Positions 56,987-64,000 of a stretch of DNA of 64,000 nucleotides are shown here, piece by piece. This DNA comes from Alphaproteobacteria bacterium (GTDB lineage: Bacteria; Pseudomonadota; Alphaproteobacteria; UBA828). Positions within the stretch are counted from its first letter, which is position 1. Each line of letters begins with the position of its first letter. Position numbers and translations under genes: made by a program. Location: positions 64,001-128,000 of the forward strand of contig CBDCRW010000007.1 in the NCBI GenBank assembly GCA_965221125.1, read 5' to 3'. Under the pieces are notes generated by a model. The model saw only the letters and a program-made list of their open reading frames with translations. It searched no databases and had not been told where the DNA came from.

Positions 56987-57460
56987 CTACCCGGTCTGCT
57001 CGGCCCAGCCGTCTGCGTGGGCGGCCAGGAACTTGCCGTCCACCTTGATGTGGGTGAAGAGCCACTTGCCGTCGCGCTTCACCAGGTCGTCGTCGTACTC
57101 GGCGGCGAACCAGCGGGCCTGCTTCTCGCCGTCGACCATCATGGTGCACCACATGATGAGCCACCACCTCGCGTTGGCCGTGTCGCCGTCGATGGTGATG
57201 ATCGGGTTCATCACCGGGTGGATGGCGAAGACGATCTCGTCCTTGATGCCGACGAAGAACTCCCTGATTTCGTCTACGCCCTCGTAGCGGCCGAAGTCGC
57301 CGCCGTCCCAGATGGCGTCCTCGACGAACAGGCTCACCATGCCGTCGGGGTCGTAGCCGTGATCGGCGTAGTAGCAGTACTGCGACTTCATCTGCTTGAT
57401 GGCTTCGATATCGGTGAGCCGCTGCACCTGCTGCTCCAGCGTCAGTTCGGTCATCGTCAT
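56987..57460 (-). CDS. SnoaL/NTF2-like family protein
   Basis: DIEAIKQMKSQYC..AD...F.EDA.W...H...NP.I.IDGD.A...W. Confidence 0.85.
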   Translation of the reverse strand: MTMTELTLEQQVQRLTDIEAIKQMKSQYCYYADHGYDPDGMVSLFVEDAIWDGGDFGRYEGVDEIREFFVGIKDEIVFAIHPVMNPIITIDGDTANARWWLIMWCTMMVDGEKQARWFAAEYDDDLVKRDGKWLFTHIKVDGKFLAAHADGWAEQTG

Positions 57461-57466
57461 CTCCCT

Positions 57467-57910
57467 CTAGGACGCCGGCTCTTCGCCGCCGCCGAACGCC
57501 CGCAGCTTCGCCACCAGCTCCGCCGGAAGCGGCGCCGGGCGATGCGTCGTCTGGTTGGTGTTTACCCACACCACCTCGCCCGAGGCGAGGCGATCGTCCC
57601 GCCCCTTCGGATGGATCTCCAGGCCGAAGGTGAGGCTCGTCCGCCCGATCCGCCGGGTGCGCACGCCGACCTCGATCTCGTCGTCGAAGCGGATCGGCGC
57701 GTAATACTCCACCAGCGTCCTGACCGTGTGGTAGTCCTCGCCGGTGCGCTTTACCTGCCCCTGGTAGTCGTAGGGGAGCACGCGAAAGAACTCGGTGATC
57801 GCGGTGTCGAAGTAGGTGAGGTAGTGGGCGTTGAAGACGATCATCTGCCCGTCGACCTCCGCATACCTGACCCGGAAGGGAAAGAAGAAGGAAAAGTCGG
57901 ATCGTGCCAT
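57467..57910 (-). CDS. Acyl-CoA thioesterase (4HBT/YbgC family)
   Basis: RVRYAEVDGQMIVFNAHYLTYFD. Confidence 0.88.
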   Translation of the reverse strand: MARSDFSFFFPFRVRYAEVDGQMIVFNAHYLTYFDTAITEFFRVLPYDYQGQVKRTGEDYHTVRTLVEYYAPIRFDDEIEVGVRTRRIGRTSLTFGLEIHPKGRDDRLASGEVVWVNTNQTTHRPAPLPAELVAKLRAFGGGEEPAS

Positions 57911-58135
57911 GCGCGCTTCCCCGTTCGATCGCCGTGCGCCGGTGCCGCCGCCGGCGCCCTGGACTGGTCCGGGCGGAGCGGTCATCCTCCCGGCCCTGCA
58001 GCGCCCCAAAAGACCGAGGCCGGGAGGATATGCCAACACCGCCCCGTTCACATAGGCCGCAGCCGCCGGAAGGCGCGGCGCGCCATGCGGGCCGCCGCGT
58101 GATCCGGTCGCCGGAACGGCGCGCCTGAGGCTGCC

Positions 58136-58903
58136 GTGTCCCCCCTCTTCGACCTCGCCGGCAAGACGGCCGTCGTCACCGGCTCGACCAAGGGCATCGG
58201 CAAGGCCATCGCACGCGCGCTCGCCCAACACGGCGCGCGGGTGGTCGTCTCCAGCCGGGACGCGGGCCGGGTCGAGGCGGCCGCGCGGGAGCTCACCGAC
58301 GAGGGGCTCACGGCCCTCGGCCTCACCTGCAACGTGGGGCGCAAGGAGGAGCTGGAACGCCTGATCGAGGAAAGCCGCCGGGCCTTGGGGCGCATCGACA
58401 TCGTCGTCGGCAACGCCGCCATCAACCCGCACTATGGCTCGTTCGCGGACATCTCCGACGACGTCTTCGCCAAGGTCATGGCGACCAACGTGCAGTCCAA
58501 CCTGTGGCTCGCGCAGATGGTGGCCGGCGAGATGCGGGAGCGGAAGGACGGCGCGATCATCTACGTGTCGTCGATCGGCGGGCAGATCGGCTCCGACGTG
58601 ATCGGCGCCTACTGCATCTCCAAGGCGGCCGACTTCCAGCTCGTGCGCAACCTCGCCGTGGAGCTGGGGCCGCACAACGTCCGGGTCAACGCCATCACGC
58701 CGGGCCTGGTGCGGACGGATTTCGCGCGCGCGCTGTGGGAGGACGAGGAGAGCGCCGCGGCCCGGATCGCCCAGACGCCACTGAGGCGGCTGGGCGAGCC
58801 GGAAGACATCGCGGGCATCGCGGTCTATCTGGCCTCCGACGCCGGCCGCTGGACCACGGGCCAGAGCTTCGTCGTGGACGGCGGCACGTCGATTGCGCCG
58901 TGA
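58136..58903 (+). CDS. Short-chain dehydrogenase/reductase
   Basis: TGSTKGIG, NAA, YCISK, PG. Confidence 0.92.
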   Translation: MSPLFDLAGKTAVVTGSTKGIGKAIARALAQHGARVVVSSRDAGRVEAAARELTDEGLTALGLTCNVGRKEELERLIEESRRALGRIDIVVGNAAINPHYGSFADISDDVFAKVMATNVQSNLWLAQMVAGEMRERKDGAIIYVSSIGGQIGSDVIGAYCISKAADFQLVRNLAVELGPHNVRVNAITPGLVRTDFARALWEDEESAAARIAQTPLRRLGEPEDIAGIAVYLASDAGRWTTGQSFVVDGGTSIAP

Positions 58904-58922
58904 CCCGCGCTCCTCGCCACGG

Positions 58923-59855
58923 TCAGTGATGCAGCGCGGCCACGATCCCGTGGCCGTTGGCGACGAGGCGCTCCCTGAGCGTGGCGATATGGCCGGGCCC
59001 GATCTCGCAGCAACCGCCGACGATGGACGCGCCCGCGGAGACCCAGCCGAGGGCGTGGCCCGCGTACGCCACCGGGCCGAGATCGTCGCGCGCCTCCAGC
59101 GCCTCCACCGTGCCGCCCGGCTTCATGGCGGCGATGGAGACGAAGCCGTTGGCGTAGGCCCCGAACGGGACCCCAATTTCCGCCAGCAGCGGCATGGCGG
59201 CGCTCACCGCCTCGGGGCTGGAGCAGTTGACGAGCACGGCGTCCGCGCCCGCGTCCACGGCGGCCTGCGCGCCGGCGGCGACCCCCTCGCCGGAGCGCAG
59301 CAGGGTGCCGTCGGCATCGTCCACCGAGAGCGCGGTCCAGACCGGCCTGCCGCTCTCGGCCGCGGCAGAGGTCGCGGCGCGCGCCTCGGCTGCCGACAGC
59401 ATGGTCTCGCACAGGAAGAGGTCCACGCGCTCCGCCTGCACGGCGACGATCTGGCGGTAGTTCGCGAGGCACTCGTCCTCGGGCGGCGTCAGGTCCGCGC
59501 GGTAGCTGCCGACCAGCGGCGGCAGGCAGCCTGCGATCCTGACGGGCTCGCCGCACTTCTCGCGCGCGGATTCGGCTGCGGCGAGGGCCGCGTCGTGCAG
59601 GGCCTCGAATTTCTCGGCCACGCCCTCGCGGATGAGCCTGTGCGGCGTCGCGGTGTAGGTGTTGACCGTGACGATCCGCGCGCCCGCCTCGATGAAGTCG
59701 AGGTGCACGGCCTCGACCAGATGCGGCTCGTCCATCATGACCTGGACGGACCAGAGCGGCGCCGCGGGTATCGTGCTGCGGCGATAGAGTTCCTGCCCCA
59801 CGCCGCCGTCGAGGAGAACGATTTCCGCATTCGTGATCGACGTCGTCTCGGTCAT
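58923..59855 (-). CDS. Homocysteine S-methyltransferase family protein
   Basis: LLDGGVGQEL, VNC, GAYAN, GGCCEIGP. Confidence 0.9.
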   Translation of the reverse strand: MTETTSITNAEIVLLDGGVGQELYRRSTIPAAPLWSVQVMMDEPHLVEAVHLDFIEAGARIVTVNTYTATPHRLIREGVAEKFEALHDAALAAAESAREKCGEPVRIAGCLPPLVGSYRADLTPPEDECLANYRQIVAVQAERVDLFLCETMLSAAEARAATSAAAESGRPVWTALSVDDADGTLLRSGEGVAAGAQAAVDAGADAVLVNCSSPEAVSAAMPLLAEIGVPFGAYANGFVSIAAMKPGGTVEALEARDDLGPVAYAGHALGWVSAGASIVGGCCEIGPGHIATLRERLVANGHGIVAALHH

Positions 59856-60049
59856 GCTTGCGCTCCACCTGCGGGCCGGGGGACAACGCCGCGCCGCCCG
59901 CACCCCGAATTTTCTCTCCGCACGATGATAGCCACCGGCGATCCGCGCAAACAGGCCCGAGCGAGCCTGCGACCGTTGGCCGGGACCCGCGCCGCGTGCG
60001 AGAGTCCGCGCATTGACGCCCCGCCCCTCCACATCGGCAGATCACGACC

Positions 60050-61024
60050 ATGGACTCACTGAACGACCTCTTCACCGTCCACAGGGAAGACTTCGACCGG
60101 CCGGTGCTCGTCACCGGCTCGAGCGGGTGTATCGGGAGCTGGGCGCTCGCGATCCTCGTGCGCGCGGGCGTGCCGGCCGTCTCCTTCGACCTCGACACCA
60201 GCCGCCGCCGGCCGGGGCTCCTGATGTCGGAGGAGGAACTCGCGCAGGTGACCTGGGTGGAAGGCGACATCGCCGACGCCGAGGCCGTGGACCGGGCGGT
60301 GGCGGAGAACGGGGTCGGCGCGATCCTCCATCTCGCCGCCCTGCAGGTGCCCTTCTGCCGCGCGGACCCCGTCCTGGGCGCCCGCGTCAACGTGGTGGGG
60401 ACGGTGGCGGTGTTCGAGGCGGCGCGGCGCCACGGCGTGCGCCGCATCGCCTACGCAAGCTCCATCGCGGCCCACGGCGCGCCTGAGGACAGCCCCTACG
60501 CGCCGACCCTCTACGGCGCCTACAAGGCCTGCGACGAGGCCATCGCGCGGACCTACTGGCAGGACTGGCAGATGCCGAGCATCGCGCTGCGGCCGGGGAT
60601 CGTCTACGGCGTCGGCCGCGACCAGGGCATGACCTCCAAGACCACCGTCGCGATCCTGGCCGCGGCGGCCGGGCGCGACTACGAGGTGCCGTTCACCGGC
60701 GCGGTCTCGTACCTCTACGCGGGCGAGGTCGCGGCGGCGTTCCTCCAGGCCGTGTCGCGGGACGGCGACGGCGCGCCCGCCTTCGACTGCAACGGAACCG
60801 TGGTCCCGGTCGAGGATGCGCTCGCGGTGCTGCGCCGCCTCGCGCCGGGCGCGCGCGTGGCCGCGGTCGGCGAGCCGATACCCTTCCCCATGGAGGACAC
60901 GGACACGCTGCTCCGCGCGCACATCGGCGACTACGGCGCGATCTCGCTGGAAGACGGCACCGCCGAGACCTACCGGGCGTTCCAGATCCTGCTGCAGGAC
61001 GGGCGCGTCTCGGCCGACTTCTGA
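60050..61024 (+). CDS. NAD-dependent epimerase/dehydratase
   Basis: VTGSSGCIG, HLAA, YASS, YGAYK. Confidence 0.88.
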   Translation: MDSLNDLFTVHREDFDRPVLVTGSSGCIGSWALAILVRAGVPAVSFDLDTSRRRPGLLMSEEELAQVTWVEGDIADAEAVDRAVAENGVGAILHLAALQVPFCRADPVLGARVNVVGTVAVFEAARRHGVRRIAYASSIAAHGAPEDSPYAPTLYGAYKACDEAIARTYWQDWQMPSIALRPGIVYGVGRDQGMTSKTTVAILAAAAGRDYEVPFTGAVSYLYAGEVAAAFLQAVSRDGDGAPAFDCNGTVVPVEDALAVLRRLAPGARVAAVGEPIPFPMEDTDTLLRAHIGDYGAISLEDGTAETYRAFQILLQDGRVSADF

Positions 61025-61716
61025 TCCCGCCGCCTGCCCAACCCCCGTCAGCCCGCATTCCTCACCAAGGATTCCCTGAAAGAGAGAACGGAAACATACG
61101 TGCTTTATCAATGGATTATGAACAGATTTCGCGGTTCACGGGAACGCGATTCAGGAAAATGTTCACCAAATAAGCACCGCGAAAAGATTTCAGTCCACTC
61201 CACCAGACTTTCATGTTCCGCCGAGATTCTCGGTCAACCGGGCGCCTGAATTCTTCCTTATCTGCGAGCGGACATCGGCGAAACGACACGGAACTGACCC
61301 CGTTCGTCACCGCCGAGCACGTCCCGATGCTGACCGAAGTGATTGGCGGCTTGTCCCCAGGCGAAGACGACGCGGAGCGCAACCGACCACGGCTCCGAAC
61401 CGAACGCATAGTTCCCGATTCTGCCCTGTTCGGCCCGACTCTGCGCTTCAGAAACTGGCACTTCTCCAGGTCGCGTCAGATCCGCTTCAGCCGCCGTGTC
61501 TGGCGGGTCGGTACTCGCAAACGCCTGGGTGCCGAGCCCTGAATCAACTATTTCGAATCGCCAGTAATCGTCGACAACGACGCAGGCGTGGTCTCCACAG
61601 CGGCCTGATAACGCCTCTCCTGCCCTTGATACCACGCCGTGATCGAGGCAATTCTGGATACGAGCCGGCGCGCGCCGGGGCAGATCGCAGGGGCCGGCGT
61701 CGCCAGGTGCCGTGCC

Positions 61717-62121
61717 TCACGACCCGCATTCTATGGCGCCGTCCTCGTGAATACAGAGCGCCGCGCCGGTCCGGAATGGCGGGTTCGTCATGGCCAGGAC
61801 CGGGATCGCCTCCCAGCCCATCTGACGGGCGACGAGGACCCCGATCGGCAGGATCGCTTCGCGCAGGCCGAGGATCAGCGCGCGCGGGGCCGACCCCTTG
61901 CGCAGCAGCTCCAGGATGACCGAGGCCGACGAGCTGGAGCCGATCGGGCGTGGCAGCACGAGGATCCGCCCGGCGATCCGCTCGCCCCGTTGCGGGTGGC
62001 CGGCGAGGACGACCTCGGAGGTCTCCGGGCTGATCCCGCCCCAGAAACTCACGGGCTCATCCAGGCGCAGGACCGTGCCACGCGCCTGTCCGCCGATCAG
62101 GACATCCGCCCGCCAGCTCAT
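61717..62121 (-). CDS. Aconitase X small (swivel) subunit, DUF126
   Basis: EPVSFWGG...HPQ.G...GSSSAS. Confidence 0.85.
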   Translation of the reverse strand: MSWRADVLIGGQARGTVLRLDEPVSFWGGISPETSEVVLAGHPQRGERIAGRILVLPRPIGSSSSASVILELLRKGSAPRALILGLREAILPIGVLVARQMGWEAIPVLAMTNPPFRTGAALCIHEDGAIECGS

Positions 62122-63371
62122 CCCCAGATCTCCCGGTCGCGCACGACTTGACCGGCTTGGGCGCTGCGAATGCAGTCGGAGAGCGTGCCGAACACCGGCC
62201 TGTACCCGGTGTTGCCGAAGGAATAGTAGGCGAACTTCGCGGAGTTGGTCATCATCACGCCGGGGCGCGCGGGTAGGATTGCTGTCACCACGACGCAGGT
62301 GTCGACGACGAACTCGACCCCCAGGTCCTGCAGCGCCTCATAGGCGCCATCCGCCTGCAAACCGTCGAGGATGTGCCGCCCGAGGCAGATGTAGACCGGA
62401 ACCCGGAACTTGCGGCCCCCGGCCAGCGCCAGCACCGCGCGGCATTCCTCGCCGGAGAAGTGCGGGCTGCCGAGAGCGACGCAATCGATCGGACCGGACC
62501 CGGCGAGGCTGAGACGGTCGCGCGCGTCGATGACCATGTTGCGCGTGACCCGGACGGTTTCCTCCGGCGGCCTTCCGCCAAGCGCGGTCGCGGCGTCCGG
62601 CGCCTCGGGCGTGACGCCCACGATGTGAGTCAGCGCCACAGCGCCGGTCGCGGCCGCAGCGGCGCAGAACGCCTTGAGCTGATCCTCGCGCACCGGCCCC
62701 GGTATGCCGTCGACGACGGAGACGGCGTCCCCGGCCAGCCGCCCCACCAGGGCGCCGAGCACGGCGAAGAACGCGTCCTCCCGCAGCAGCGGCTCCGGCA
62801 GCCCCGCAACCTCGAACAGCAGCCGCGCCGCGCGCCTCTCCGGGCAGTGCAGGCCGTAGTAGGGCGCCCGCCCCGCGATCGCGCAGGCGAGGTCCAGGAA
62901 GTCGCCGTAGCGGTTGGTCCGCGCACCGAGCGCCGTGTTGGCGAAGGCGACCGCGTTCGACTCGCCCCAGGCGATCTGCTGGCCCAGCGCCGGGCGCGCC
63001 TGCGTCTGGTAGGGCGCGCAGGTCCAGCTCGGGATGCAGCCCATGCGCTGGTGCGCCATCATCAGGCGGTACGCCATCCCGCGCCGCTCGTTCGGCAGCG
63101 TGACCTGGTCCGCCTTCAGGAGGTTGAGCGAGCCGACGTTGGTGGTCGCGGGCACCGCCACGCGCGCGCCTTCCTCCGCCAGCTTCTCGCAGTACAGGAC
63201 CCCGGCATCGCCGTGATAGAGGCACCCGTCGATATGGCTGGAGACGATGGGGATCAGGCGGTCCGCCCCCATCATCCGGCCCGCCTCGACGACGATCTCC
63301 ATCGCCATGCGCGCGCCCTCGGGTCCGTCCGCGCCGGAGAGCACGCCCCGTTCGTGATCGCTGAGCTTCAT
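62118..63371 (-). CDS. Aconitase X catalytic subunit, DUF521
   Basis: HIDG, TCAPY, AWGESNAV.FAN, GARTNR, LGSPH, DTC, TNSAK. Confidence 0.88.
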   Translation of the reverse strand: MKLSDHERGVLSGADGPEGARMAMEIVVEAGRMMGADRLIPIVSSHIDGCLYHGDAGVLYCEKLAEEGARVAVPATTNVGSLNLLKADQVTLPNERRGMAYRLMMAHQRMGCIPSWTCAPYQTQARPALGQQIAWGESNAVAFANTALGARTNRYGDFLDLACAIAGRAPYYGLHCPERRAARLLFEVAGLPEPLLREDAFFAVLGALVGRLAGDAVSVVDGIPGPVREDQLKAFCAAAAATGAVALTHIVGVTPEAPDAATALGGRPPEETVRVTRNMVIDARDRLSLAGSGPIDCVALGSPHFSGEECRAVLALAGGRKFRVPVYICLGRHILDGLQADGAYEALQDLGVEFVVDTCVVVTAILPARPGVMMTNSAKFAYYSFGNTGYRPVFGTLSDCIRSAQAGQVVRDREIWG

Positions 63372-64000
63372 GCGCGTTCGGCCATGGCGTCGAGCGCTTC
63401 GACCATCGCCGCGGCCATGCCGGGCTCGTCGGTCATGTGCCCGCCGTGCTCGACGATCTTCAACTCGGCGCGCGGCCATGCCTGCTTCAGGCGCCAGGCC
63501 TCGCGCACCGGCGTGCACATGTCGTAGCGGCCCTGGACGATGGTGCCGGGAATGTCGCGGATGGCGGCGCAGCGCGAGAGCACGTGGTCGTCGCCCTCGA
63601 GGAAGCAGCGGTTCTCGAAATAGTGGCTGAGGATGCGGCCGTAGTTTTCCGCGTGGTCAACACCGCTGATCTCGGCGAGACCGCCCTGGCGGGAATGGAA
63701 ATAGACCATGGAGGTCTCCCATTCGCCGAGCGCGCGCGCCGCAGCCGCAGCGGCAGCGGGATCGGTGCCGCCGATCCTGCGATAGACCGCAGCTTCCAGG
63801 TCCTCCCGCTCCTCGGACGTGAAGTGGCCGACGAATTCCTCCCAGGCCTCCGGCTGGACCATGTTGGCGCCGAACTCGAAGAACCAGCGCCGGGTCATCG
63901 CGTCGGCGAGCCACACGCTCCAGACCACGATGCCCGTCACGCTCCCTGGATACGTCTGGGCATAGAGCAGGGAGAGTGTGGAGCCCCAGGAGCCACCCAC
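63368..64000 (-). CDS. pip: Proline iminopeptidase (partial; starts beyond the window)
   Basis: GGSWGSTL, IVQGRYDMCTP, GH. Confidence 0.85.
   Translation of the reverse strand: MGGSWGSTLSLLYAQTYPGSVTGIVVWSVWLADAMTRRWFFEFGANMVQPEAWEEFVGHFTSEEREDLEAAVYRRIGGTDPAAAAAAARALGEWETSMVYFHSRQGGLAEISGVDHAENYGRILSHYFENRCFLEGDDHVLSRCAAIRDIPGTIVQGRYDMCTPVREAWRLKQAWPRAELKIVEHGGHMTDEPGMAAAMVEALDAMAERA

Noticed and set aside
61025-61700. Lower-GC intergenic stretch with short ORFs
   Set aside because: No recognisable motif, RBS or structure; cannot support a gene call.

Overview
High-GC (probably alphaproteobacterial, inferred from gene content) window in three parts. (1) 1-21.7 kb is an accessory region. 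It holds three related tyrosine recombinases (the third interrupted by a 4.6-kb TGT...ACA transposon with a 5-bp target duplication), three TbpB-like surface lipoproteins, a Slam/T11SS exporter, two LuxR-type regulators and a DNA methyltransferase-endonuclease fusion. Two of the lipoproteins face each other and share a ~111-bp inverted repeat over their RBS and signal peptide. (2) 21.7-44.4 kb holds an IS1595 element carrying cargo, including an atypical tRNA (Cys-like body, GGA anticodon). It abuts a truncated Dot/Icm-like (type IVB/MPF-I) conjugation cluster with a VirD4-type coupling protein, SSB and AlpA, ending at tRNA-Ser(CGA). Nine of the conjugation genes carry about 25 copies of a 15-bp mini-hairpin repeat with compensatory base changes, the most unusual signal I found. 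(3) 44.5-64 kb is chromosomal catabolic and housekeeping genes (hydroquinone dioxygenase, CoA-transferase, Ugd, GT2, hydantoinase/oxoprolinase, aldolase, SDR, aconitase X, Pip) with an AT-rich stand-alone reverse transcriptase of the UG/Abi (DRT-like) type inserted. All family assignments come from motif recognition by eye; no database searches were run.
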